From: Chiloscyllium plagiosum
Taxonomy: Eukaryota
DNA length: 36,284 nucleotides
Assembly: GCF_004010195.1 (NCBI RefSeq)
Contig: NW_025215381.1
Span: 144,037-180,320 of the forward strand
Direction: 5' to 3'
Shown: positions 10,539 through 21,999 of the stretch, piece by piece
Numbering within the stretch: the first letter of the stretch is position 1
Layout of the letters: each line of letters begins with the position of its first letter
Translations under genes and position numbers: made by a program
The notes under the pieces: generated by a model
Database searches by the model: none
The model's input: the letters and a program-made list of their open reading frames with translations, nothing else
What the model was told of the DNA's origin: nothing

Positions 10539-10595
10539 TTGCCTCGAATTATGGGGAATTCTCTTGGACGTCCTTGGAGTGTTATCTGCATGGGT
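10539..10595 (-). other. 5' part of the ATG-containing exon (5'UTR or in-frame extension); implies at least one further upstream exon
   Basis: Strong acceptor (T-rich tract then acctcAG, AG at 10597-10596) 57 nt upstream of the ATG. Confidence 0.65.
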
Positions 10596-11399
10596 CTGAG
10601 GTAAAAAAAAAGAAATGCCCTCTATAGAGATACTTCCCCCATTTTAAGACATTGCGAACGCTTGCGGGATAACGTTCAGGTAGAGCTGCTGTTGATTTGT
10701 TCAGGACATCATTGTGTTGAGGTTAAAAAAAAATCTCATTAAGGGTTGATTGGACATGGCAATGAGCGATGGAACTAAGATGGGAAATGACATGAAAAAC
10801 AGGCCGAGAGTAAATAAAACGCTTGCTTTGGCTGGAAGGTAACAATTTTGACCCGAGCTAGGATGGGAACAGATCGTTGTGTAGAAAACATTGAGATACT
10901 TTGGAAGTGTTATTCCAATTTCTTTTCACACAATGGAGTACCTGAGAAATAATTGAAAGTACTAAGAAATGTTGATACAACATGTAATATTAGATGCAGA
11001 TAGGCTGGATGTCATGTGACCAGGGCCATGGAATCTGAGGTAAAGCTCCAAGGTGCTTCTGTATCCAGTCTGCCGTGAGCTGGAAGACAGTGAGACTCAT
11101 TGGTCTGTATAGCCTAACAATACTAGCATTCTGGCCAATGTGAGCAGAGTAAGAAGCAAGTCACTCAATGTGGTAATGTCTGATGACTTATTCAAATTAT
11201 TCTAGTTGGGGGGGAAGAGAAAACAATGGGCCTACAACAGAGCAGAAAGCTTCCCTGCTCTTTTTTTTTTAACCCAATCACCTTCATGAGATTTCTATAT
11301 CCGCTCCAAAGGACGGGGAATCATTCTGCACATATCATCCTAGAAGGTGGAAGTCATGACAGCTCAGCACTGATTTTCTCCACATTGCAAGTCTCCCTC

Positions 11400-11680
11400 A
11401 GTGTGGACCAACCCTCCAAAGAGCATCCCAACCCAACCCAGCCCTCACCTTACTTCTGTATCCCTGCATATACCATGGCTAACTCACCTAGCGTGCAAAT
11501 CCCTGGACATGACAAGGCAATTTACCATGGCCAATCTATCCACCTTTGGACCGTGGGAGGAAGCCAGAGCACCAGGTGGAAACTCACATGGACACGGGGA
11601 AAAATGGCAAACTCCACACAGACATTTGCCCGAGGCTGGAAGTGAATCTTGACCTCTGGTGCTGTGAGCAGTGGTGAATG
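11400..11680 (-). mobile_element. HE1/V-SINE-like SINE
   Basis: ggcaatttaccatggccaat..tttggaccgtgggaggaa..gcaaactccacacagaca, the reverse complement of the HE1-like core. Confidence 0.75.
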
Positions 11681-11919
11681 AATGAGAGTAGGCGCAAGTT
11701 GGTAACTGCTGACTCACTGTTTGCTGAGCTTAATTTCACAGAAGGTGAAATTTGGGAGGCCAACAGATGAATGATGGGATTAGATTCTTGTGAAGTTGAA
11801 GTGGAGCATCTTGCTGAAGATGTGGGACAAGGAGTATATGAGTTTGTTTAAAGGAATAAATAAAGTAAGTTTAAAGATTTGAGGTAAACCATTTCGGTCT
11901 GTGATGAAGAGGAATGTCA

Positions 11920-12180
11920 CAGTGTCATACAGCTTGAAAACTCAGTTCAACCAGTCCATGCCGACCATAATCTCAAGTTAAACTAATCCCACCTGCCTGC
12001 ACTTATCCCATATCCCTCCAAACACTTCTTATTCATGTACTTTATCCAAATGTCTTTTAAATGTTGTAACTGTACCCACATCCACCATTTCCTCAGCAAG
12101 TTCATTCCACACATGAACTATTCTCTGTGTAAAATATTTATTACCCCTCATGCTTTTTTTTTCAAACCTTTCTTTTGTCA
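11920..12180 (-). mobile_element. CR1 LINE 3' end
   Basis: Translates to ..YFTQRIVHVWNELAEEMVDVGTVTTFKRHLD (CR1 ORF2 C-terminus). Confidence 0.75.
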
Positions 12181-12489
12181 CTGTAAAAATATGCTGCTGG
12201 CCTTGCAATCCACTACCATGGAAAGCAATCAAGACCAAAACATTGTGTGATTTCAAGAAGGAGCTGGATTCAGCTCTTGGTGCTAAAGGAATCAAAAGAT
12301 ATGAGAAAAAGTGGGGACAGGCTATTGAGTCAGATGATCAGCCAAAATCATAGTGAATGGTGGGATAGACTTGAAGGGCTGACCAACTTACTCCTGCTCC
12401 TATTTTCTACATTTCCAGGTTAAATGTAAATCATTGATTGGCACAGTAGTAATTTCGCTTTGCTTTGTCAGATGTTCAGCTCAAAGAGA

Positions 12490-12845
12490 AATGTTAACAT
12501 TGGTCGACTTGTAGCCCGGATGGTCATTCTAATGCACTGAGTTCAAATTCCACAGCTGATGGTACCATTTAATGTTGATAAATGTACACCCAATCTCAGT
12601 AATGGGGACCATGCCAACTCTCATTGATTGCTGTACAAACCAATGTGGTTCCCTAATGGCCCTGAGTGAACAAAATCGAATGTGGGAATGAAATCTGGTC
12701 TGAATTGCATGTGACTTCAGATCCCTACAACGATTGTTCTTTATCGTCTGAGTGTTGCCTTGATTTAAGGTCAACTTTGAAGAGGCAATAAATGTTGGCC
12801 TTTCTAGCCACACCTGGATCCCATGAACCTATAAAGAATGAAAAT
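12490..12845 (+). mobile_element. tRNA-type SINE (family B), degenerate
   Basis: gagttcaaattcc B box; tail ggcaataaatgttggcc..atcccatgaa. Confidence 0.55.
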
Positions 12846-13167
12846 AACACTTTTAACAAAGCAAGTTTTTGTGTATTCTAGTGTTAGCTCCTTGGAAGAC
12901 TGGCTGTCCCATTTCAAAGATAGATCTTTGAGACTCTGTAACATGAACAAACTGAGCAAAAATAAACACACTGCTTGATAAGGTACTTAGACACTTAAAT
13001 GGCCTGCCATCAAACGATAATGCAATTGTAATCTATGTCACAGTTGGCAGGCAATTATCATTCTGCTCTTGTGCAAACAGAAAGTGTTGCTGCAGAAAAT
13101 ATCCTAGGCACACTTGTTTATTTGTGATTTTGCTAATCTACTGATTCTAAATATAAGTTGAAAGTTT

Positions 13168-13502
13168 GGGGCGGCACAGTGGCAGAGTGGTCAGCAGTGC
13201 TACCTCACAGCACCAGGAACCCAGGATTGATTCTAGCCTCAGGTGACTGTCTGTGTGCACATTCTCCCTGTATCTGCGTGGGTTTCCTCCGGGTGCTCTG
13301 CTTTCCTCCCACAGTCCAAAGATGTGTAGGTCAGGGTGAATTGGCCATGTTAAATTGCCCATAGTGTTTAGGGATATGTAGGTTAGGTGCATGAGTCAGA
13401 GGTAAATGTAAGGGAATGGGTCTGGGTGGGATACTCTTCGGAGGGGCAGGGTGGACTTGTTGGGCCAAAGGGCCTGTTTTCACACATTAGGAGTTCTAAT
13501 TA
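13168..13502 (+). mobile_element. HE1/V-SINE-like SINE, full length
   Basis: gggcggcacagtggcagagtgg head, ggtttcctccgggtgctctgctttcctcccacagtccaaagatgtg core, tail gggccaaagggcctgtttt. Confidence 0.85.
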
Positions 13503-13636
13503 AATCCCCCTCTGTCTCTTTGAAAACATGCTTCCTGCTTGCTGAATCTCTGTACTTCACAGCAGCAACTTAAGGGCCTAAGCAAAGGCCTCACTCCATT
13601 CTAAATCCAATGCACTTTCATTGGGAATGATATGAT

Positions 13637-13761
13637 ATTTGAGAGAAAGTGAGGACTGCAGATGCTGGAGATCAGAGCTGAAAATGTGTTGCTGGAAAAA
13701 GGTCAGGCAGCATCCAAGGAACAGGAGAATCGACCTTTCGGGCATAAGCCCTTCTTCAGGA
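13637..13761 (-). mobile_element. Short PLE terminal insertion with hammerhead motif
   Basis: Minus strand reads cctgaagaagggcttatgcccgaaaggtcgattc... TSD aatgatatgat at 13626-13636 and 13762-13772. Confidence 0.75.
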
Positions 13762-14246
13762 AATGATATGATCTTTGGTTACTATGACTATTCCATGTTG
13801 CGTACCAAACACACTGCCCTCCTTGGGCAACTTTAAATCGGTTGTAGTTCATTCCCAGACAAGAAGCTCTTACAGTCATGTTTCAGGAATGGCTAACAAT
13901 ACCAAGCCCTTCAAGTTACTTAATTTATTACAGTGAGCAATTCACTTAGTTTGCTCCTTGTATGTTTTTGTAAGGAACATCTGCTGGGGGAACACACTCT
14001 CATTTTTCCTCAGACTACCTGTTCGACTCACATTTTGTTGTCTGTTTAATTATTTAATCCCTTTTAGTATTTTTTTAAATTTACCTGATATATTTATGTT
14101 TTGTGTGTTGAACTCTGTTCTTCACTTCAAATTGTTTCTGCCAGACCTGCTGAGCTTTTTCAGCACTTTCTGTTTTTGTTTCTGATTGACAGTTCTTTCG
14201 GTTTCCATCTGAGCATTTGGTTGTCAACTTTAAGCCTTTGTGACCA

Positions 14247-15131
14247 TTGGGTGACCATCCACCAATGTGGACTTTGGGACAGGAAGCAGTGAAAAGTGGC
14301 TGAGTAGAGGCTGATAGCTATGTTCGGTACCCATAGGGAGGGCCTCAGCCAGGACCTTGAGTTCATGTCACACTACAGGTGACCACCGTTGCAATATATA
14401 CACACACAGACACTCCTACACACACACACAAACACAGGCACCCTATACACACACAGACTCGCACACAGACACTCACACACACTCCTACAGACACACACAC
14501 TCCCACACTCACAGATACACCCTCTCACAGACTTAGACCCCTTTATACTCTCACACACACATATGCACTGTCTCTCACAGACACTCACAATCCCCCATCC
14601 CAGACACACACACACAAACCCACATGCACACAAACACATATATGTTTGTGGGGTGAATTTGTACTTGCAGAGTTACATTGTACTTTGCTCAAAAACTGCA
14701 AGAATCCATATAAGAGTCTGTTAACTCATTTTTTAGATTAGAATCAGTCTGGCACAGACAACAGAACACAGGGGGCTAACCTTCAACATCTTATCTGGGC
14801 TGACACCAATTGTTACAGTTAACCTGAGAATGTAACTTTTAAAAAACGGTTTGTGATTTCCATATGAAAGAAGTGAAACAACCATGGTCATTCTAACAGA
14901 TGAGAGACTTAACAAACAATCAAGGTATTTTAAAATGTATAATTTCAGTTACATCACACTGTAAACTTTTGCTATAAATTCTGTGTCTTACAATTGTGTA
15001 CTCCGCAACCACCTGATGAAGAAGCGATGCTCCGAAAGCTAGTGCTTCCAATTAAACCTGTTGGACTATAACCTGGTGTTGTGTGATTTTTAACTTTATA
15101 CACCCCAGTTCAACACCGGCATCTCCAAATC
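14247..15131 (+). mobile_element. 5'-truncated Penelope-like element: endonuclease C-terminus, CA-rich tract, hammerhead-bearing terminus
   Basis: Decayed frame ..WVTIHQCGLWDRKQ*KVAE*RLIAMFGTHREGLSQDLEFMSHYR*. CA-rich 14400-14640. CTGATGA (15013)..GAAAGCTAGTG. TSD ttgtgacca at 14238-14246 and 15132-15140. Confidence 0.8.
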
Positions 15132-15149
15132 TTGTGACCACCGATAGTG

Positions 15150-15480
15150 TGCTTTCTGATGTGAATTTAGTCCCCAGCTAGCTCCAGTTCAATGCATTTC
15201 AATGGTACAATCCTGTCGTCCCTTAGTTAAGGCACATGCACCCATGAAATGGGACCCATCCTTTCTGCCCCATTCTTTCGTCCAACTCCATCGATCTGTC
15301 GCAATGTCAACTTGCACATGATTGACATGATAATCCTGAGGTAATAATTCTTCAATGGTTTAGCTTCTAGTTCCTGGTAATCTCCCTACAGGAGTTTGGT
15401 CATTTCTTCCTTATGTTTTGGCTACCCACAGGGTTAGATTGGATTCTCTCTCGACCTCTCCGGTATCCTTTCAAGGCAGC
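15150..15480 (-). mobile_element. Highly decayed CR1 ORF1 (SGNH/esterase-like) fragment
   Basis: Minus strand gives frameshifted pieces such as VGSQNIRKK, GDYQELEAK, IITSGL and WGRKDGSHFMG, reminiscent of CR1 ORF1. Confidence 0.45.
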
Positions 15481-15494
15481 TTCAGGTATTGTAG

Positions 15495-16265
15495 AAACAT
15501 AGAAAATAGGAGTAGGAGTAGACCATTTGGCCCTCTGAGCCTGCTCCACCATTCAATGTGATCATGGGTGATCATTTAACTTAGTCCCGTGTTCCTGTTT
15601 TCTTCCGATAACCTTTTGACCCCTTAAGCCCTAAGAACTATATCTGATTCCTTCTTGAAAAATATAAATGTTCTGGCTTTGGCCACTTTCTCTGGCAGAG
15701 AATTCCACAAGCTCCCCAATCTCTGGGTGAAGACATTTCTCCTCATTTTGGTCCCAAATGACCAACCTTGTATCCTTAAAGAGTGAGCCCTAGCTCCAGG
15801 CTCCTTGGGTCATCAGGAATATCCTTCCTGTGTTTCCCCTGTCTAGTCCTCTTTCAATGAGACTTCCTCATTTTTTAAAAACTATAGTCTTAACTGACCC
15901 AGTTTCTTTTTGTAGGTCAGTGGTGCTATCCCAGCTATCAATCTGACACACCTTCATTCCACTTCCTCCATTGTTCCCTAGATAAGGAAACTAACATTAC
16001 ACACAGTCCTCCAGGTGTGGTCTCACCAAGGTCCCTGTACAATTTCAGCAAGACCTCCCTGCTCCTCTCGCTATGAAGGCCAGCGTACCATTTACCTTCT
16101 TCACTGCCAGCTGCACCTATGTACTTAACTTCAGTGACTGGTGTACAAGGACACCCAGGTCCTGTTCCACTTCCCCTCTTTTGCCAATCTATTGCCATTT
16201 AAATAATAACCTGCCTTCCAGTTTTTGCTACCAAAGTGGATAACCACACGTTTTCCGGATTATAT
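15495..16265 (-). mobile_element. CR1 LINE 3' fragment
   Basis: EVLLKLYRDL.. segment; 3' tail read on plus as agaaacatagaaaataggagtaggagtagaccatt. Confidence 0.72.
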
Positions 16266-16537
16266 CTGCATAATTTTAACCTTGAAACAAATGAATAAAC
16301 GTACTGCGTGTGCCTCTTGATCTATATTACTTATAATGCTAATTCACCCATTCAGCACTGAATCCGTGATGCTTTACTTCCTCCGCCTGCTTTTGACAGC
16401 CCCTGTTACAAGTTGCTGTGATCTGCATTTTGTCTGACCCGTCAACAATCTTTATCTTCACCGTCACGGGTAGCTGGGAGATTGAAACAAATGGGGAACT
16501 CCGTTTCTGTGATTCATCACTTATTTCCTCCCCTGTT

Positions 16538-17628
16538 TTACCCTCACTCTGCACATTATTACCCTCATGCTGTACATTCTTACCCTCACTCTGCACATTA
16601 TTACCCTCATGCCGTACATTCTTACCCTCACTCTGCACATTATTACCCTCATGCTGTACATTCTTACCCTCACTCTGCACATTATTACCCTCACTCTGTA
16701 CATTCTTACCCTCACTCTGCACATTATCACCCACACTCTCCACATTATTACCCTCACTCTCCACATTATTACCCTCACTCTGCACATTCTTATCCTCACT
16801 CTCCACAGTATTACCCTTGCTCTGCACATTATTACCCACGCTCTGCACATTATTGCCCTCACTCTGCACATTCTTATTCTCACTCTGCACATTATTATCC
16901 TCACTCTTCACATTATTACCCTCACTCTCCACATTATTACCCTCACTCTCCACATTATTGCCTTCACTCTCCACATTACTACCCTCACTCTCCACATTAT
17001 TAGCTTCATTCTGCACATTATTACCTTCACTCTGCACATTATTACCCTCACTTTCCACATTATTACCTTCACTCTGCACATTCTTATCCTCACTTCCACA
17101 TTATTATCCTCACTCTACACATTATCACCCATACTCTCCACATTATTACGCTCACTCTGCACATTATTTCCCTTTCTGCACATTTTTATCCTTATGCTGC
17201 ACATTATTACCCTCACTCTCCACATTATTGCCTTCACTCTCCACATTACTACCCTCACTCTCCACATTATTAGCTTCATTCTGCACATTATTACCTTCAC
17301 TCTGCACATTATTACCCTCACTTTCCACATTATTACCTTCACTCTGCACATTCTTATCCTCACTTCCACATTATTATCCTCACTCTACACATTATCACCC
17401 ATACTCTCCACATTATTACGCTCACTCTGCACATTATTTCCCTTTCTGCACATTTTTATCCTTATGCTGCACATTATTACCCTCACTCTCCACATTATTA
17501 CCCTCACTCTCCACGTTATTAATCTCACTCTCCACAATATTACTCTCACTATGCACATGATTACCCTCACTCTGCACATTATTACCGTCTCAGCACATTA
17601 TTACCCTCACTCTCCACATTCTTACCCA
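16538..17628. repeat. 21-bp minisatellite (~52 units, consensus ACATTATTACCCTCACTCTGC) with 42-bp and 270-bp higher-order structure
   Basis: Periodicity is directly visible. 16930-17229 is identical to 17200-17499. Confidence 0.95.
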
Positions 17629-18429
17629 TATGAAGCACTTTCTCAGGAATAAGACTGTGATGAGGACGAATGAATCCTCACAGAGTGTTGTGAGTCTTTG
17701 CAATTCCTTGCCACAGAGAGCTATACGGGCAGAGTCCTCCTGTAAATTTAAGGCTGAGACAGATGGATTCTCAGTCAGTCAGGGAATCAAGGGTTCCAGG
17801 GAAAGGGCAGGATAGTGAAAGTGAGGAATGTCTTTATCAACCAGGATCCTATTGAATGGCAGAGCAGGCTTGAGTGGCCAAATGGCCTAGTCCTGTTTCT
17901 ATTTCTTGCGGGGTCTTCTGATACTTGTTGAACATTGTATCTCCTGGCATCTGCAACCCGCTCTCAAGGTCGCAGAGTGTGAGCTGGGGAGATTCAACAT
18001 GGGGTAGTGACTGCAGATATGTGGACGTGTGAAACTGTCAGTGTAATGATCCTGAAAAGCTCTGATACCATCACCACATTCCAACTACTCACCTTTCAGC
18101 ACTTATAAATATCTGTTGGGAACTGTTTTGCCTTCTTTTACCCATATACCAATCAGCACTGAACACTCAATATCTAAAGACAAAAGTAAAGTTTAAATAC
18201 TCACGACATTAGATGAAGGAGGTAGTGCTGACTAAATGTAACACTTTCCACTGAGACACTGAATGATTGTTCTCAGCAAATTGCTAACCTTTGTACTCGC
18301 TTTATCCTAAACGCGATTCATGGAGCATGCTGTTTGAAATGCACTTTGCACTGCAATTACTGTTAGAATAATCAAATTTGCTCTCTTTTATGGAAATAGG
18401 AACAGAGAGCAGGAGAGTGTAGGCAGGAT

Positions 18430-19940
18430 GAGAATGATTAGGGAGCACGGTTTTTTGCAAAGGAAAGCATGACTCGCAAATTGGATTGTTTTGAGGAAGG
18501 AACCAGGAAGAACAATGAGGGCAGCATGGTAGACATCGCTTACTTGAACTTAGTAGAGCCTTTGACAAGGTTCAGTATGGTAGACGAGTTAGTAAAATTA
18601 GATCACATGGGATTCGGGGCGGGCTTGACAATTGGATACAAAATTGGTTTAACAGTAGGAAACAAAGAGTGGTGGTTGAGGGTTGATTTTTGAACTGGAG
18701 GCCTGTGACTAGCGGTGTTCCACAAGAATCAGAGCTGGCTCCACTGTTTGTCATTTATATAAATGAGTTAGATGAAAGTATAGAAGGCATGGTCAGTAAG
18801 TTTGTGGATGACACCAAAATTGGTGGTTTGTTGGATAGTGAAGAAGATCATCAAAGGGATCTTGATTAATTGGATCAATGGACTGATAAGTGGCAGATGG
18901 AGTTTAATTTGGATAAACGCAAGGCATTGCATTTTGGTAACACAAACATGGAGAGGATTTATATAACTCAAAGTCGGACCTTGGGTAGTGCAGTAGAACA
19001 GAGAGACCCAGCGGTTCAAGTTCATAATTCTTTGAGGTTTTCATCGCATGTAGACAGGGTGATTAAGAAGGCATTTAGCACACTTGCCTTCATTGCTCTT
19101 TGAGTACAGGGGTTGGGATGTAATGCTGAGACTCCACAGGACATTGGTGAGGCCTCTTCGGGAGTACTGTGTCCAGTTCTGGTCAACCTATTATAGGAAA
19201 GATTTTAGGCAAAAGTGAGGACTCCAGATGATGGAAACCAGAGTTTAGATCAGAGTGGTGCTGGAAATGCACAGCAGGTCAGGCAGCATCCGAGGAGCAG
19301 GAAAATTGATGTTTCGGGCAAAAGCCCTTTGTCAGGGTGGAGAGATAAATAGGTGGCCGGGGGGCGGGGCACACTGGGGAGAAGGTAGCAAAGAGTATAA
19401 TAGGTGAATGGGGGTGGGGATGGAGGTGATAGGTCAGAGAGGAGGGTGGGAGAAGGTAGCAAAGATTTTAGTAAGCTGGAGAGGGTTCTGAAAGGATTCA
19501 GCAGGATGTTACCAGCAATGGAATGTTTGACTTATAAGGAGACGTTGGATGGGCAGGGACATTTTTTCACTGGAGCATAGGAGGTTGAGAGGTGGCCTTT
19601 TAGGGATTTATAAAATAATGACGAGTATAGATAAGATGAATGGTAAATGCCTTTTCCCTAAATTGGGGATTTAAAGACTAGGGGGGATATTTTTAAAGTG
19701 AGTGGAGAAAGACTTTAGTAAAATACATGAGAGGCAATATTTTTACACAGAATGATTCATGTGTGAAATGAACTTCCTGAGGAAGTGGTAGATGTGGGTA
19801 CTGTTACAATGTTTAAAAGACAGTTGGATAGGTACATGTGTAAGAAATATTTGGAGGGATATGGGCCATGCACAGTCAGTTGGAATTAATTTAGTTTGGG
19901 AAAATGGTCATCATGGCCTGAAGGGACTGTTTCCGTTTTG
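18430..19940 (+). mobile_element. CR1 LINE RT-region relic with frameshifts, interrupted at 19209-19460
   Basis: [32 protein letters not shown] motifs; CR1 tail followed by a GT repeat. Confidence 0.85.
19209..19460 (-). mobile_element. PLE terminal insertion
   Basis: Minus strand cctgacaaagggcttttgcccgaaacatc. Similar to 33390-33660. TSD aaagattttag at 19198-19208 and 19461-19471. Confidence 0.8.
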
Positions 19941-19970
19941 TGTGTGTTTGTGTGTGTGTGTGTGTGTGTG
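19939..19970. repeat. (GT)n microsatellite
   Basis: Direct sequence. Confidence 0.9.
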
Positions 19971-20582
19971 AGAAAGAGCATGTCAGACATGCAGAGGGAG
20001 AGAGGCAGTGAGAGGGAAAATATTCATTGTCAAATATGCGTGCTTTCTGTGCTGTTCAGATAATGTTTATCAGTTGTAAAACACTATTCACACGTCAGCA
20101 AGTACCACTTATCAAAAAAGGTAGACTATGAAAACAATAGAAACGTTTGCAAGTGAGGTTGGAACTCGTGATACCTGATATATAAAGATAACACTCCAAT
20201 TCCTGAACGTTTGAGTAATCTGCTTCACAACTTTCTTGTTGAATACTTTTCAGACATGATAAAGGTATGAGAAGGTCAGGGGGAGAGAGTGCTGGTGGAG
20301 ATTGCAGACATAGAAAGTGTTGGTGGGTAAAGAGTCGGATACACGATCTAAAGGGATCAAGAGAGAAAATGGGAACAGACTGTTTGGTTGGATGATCAGC
20401 CATGATCAAAATGAACAGTGGGGCAGGCTGGAAGCATCAAATGGCTACTCCTATCCAGTCTCTGTGGTGCAATTGGTCTGTGTGTTCAGCTGCTAACTGA
20501 AAGGTTTGAGACCACCCAGGGACGGAGTGATCATTGGTCTTACTCCAACAGCTTTCTCTGCTGCACCGTTCTGTGTTTTATG

Positions 20583-20885
20583 GGGCAGCACGGTGACTCA
20601 ATGGTTATCACTGCTGCCTCACAGCACCATGGTCCCAGGTTTGATTCCAGTCTCGGGCAACTGTCTGTGTGGAGTTTGCACATTCTCCCCGTATCTGTGT
20701 GGATTTCCTCCCACAGTCCAAAGATGTGCAGGTTAGGGTGAATTGACCATGTTAAATTGCCCATAGTGTTAGGTGCATCGGTCACAGGAAAATGGGTCCG
20801 GTTGGGTTACTCTTCAGAGGGCTGGTGTGGACTGGTTGGGCTAAAGGGCCTGTTTCCACACTGTAGGGAATCTAATCTAATCTAT
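20583..20885 (+). mobile_element. HE1/V-SINE-like SINE, full length
   Basis: Head gggcagcacggtgactcaatgg, core, tail gggcctgtttccacactgtaggg plus (aatct)n. Confidence 0.85.
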
Positions 20886-21999
20886 CCCCAATGTCTCTAT
20901 GTTTCTATCAAAGACATAGACAGACAACTGTTTAAGGTAAAGGGCAAAAGAGGTTGTGAGGAAAAACGCATGCACCCAGAGGGTGTTGGGAACATGGCAC
21001 TCACAGCCTGTTGTGACCCTTGGAACATTGAAGATGTTGACGATGTATAGTGTGTAGAAATTACAAGGCTGTGGGCCAAGTGCTGGGGAACAGGATCACA
21101 ATAGTTAGGTGGCTGTTTCTGAGCAGGCACGGACATGATGAGCTGCAGGGTCTTTTTGTGTACACCTTCTGTGACTCCGTGACTGTAGTTTGTGGCATTG
21201 TTTTGACTCTGTTAAGATTGGCAGGAATTCCTTTGCTCCTGCAGATGCAAGTATCACAAGGGAAACATTCAAACAGATGCAATCGAAGTCAACTGAGAGT
21301 TTGAGAGGAGCAAGCTCCCTCTCACATCTTGATTTCACAGTGTTCCTTTGAAGGGAATGTGGATGAGAAGAAGGAATCACTTTTACACACCCAGGAGCAA
21401 CAATCCAGAGGGCACTAAAACACCGGCAGACTTACCCTTTAACTTTTTTACTACCTCTATGAGGGCAGCTCCTTTTAGGAGTTGTTGCTGTATCGAATTC
21501 TGCACAAATCTCAGGCCTAATTCCATGGAGTTGGAATCTCCAGCTGGGAAGACAGTGTTTTCTCTGTCAGATACTGTCAGATGTATTTGCTTTCCAAAGA
21601 ATGAGCTCTCATCTTTCTGCAATGTGCAGGGACATTGTGAGACTTGTGTGGAGAAAGGGGAACAAAGGGGATAGAGTTCCAGTCGCCCATTTGCTGCTTG
21701 GTCCATCAATATCAGGGATAACCCTCCATCCCAACTTTCCTGCTTTCCTCAGGAATTGTCCAAATGTTCCATCATTCTCTGCCTTGAATCTAATCAATGA
21801 TTAAACAGCCACAGCGCAGTCCCCAAAGATCAGTCATTAATATGGAGCATAGATAGCTTGTGACACGGGTCCTGAACCTTCGAGTCCCACGACCTACAAC
21901 TGAGCAATCCAAAAATATCCTGGTTATTCCTAATCACTGCTCTCCGTCTGTTAAGCCACCCTTGGTCCATGTTAATACTCTATAGCAAACTCCAAGAAG

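Noticed and set aside
14373..14741. His/Thr-rich and Cys/Val-rich ORFs
   Set aside because: Translations of a CA-rich simple tract inside a PLE 3' region.
16418..17652. Long plus-strand ORFs of 380 and 361 aa (LPSLCTL / LHIITLT repeats)
   Set aside because: By-products of a 21-bp repeat that lacks stops in most frames. They change repeat register at indels and have no recognisable domain.
18174..18204. GTGAGT...TTTAG pair on the minus strand
   Set aside because: Only about 31 nt apart, too short for a normal vertebrate intron.
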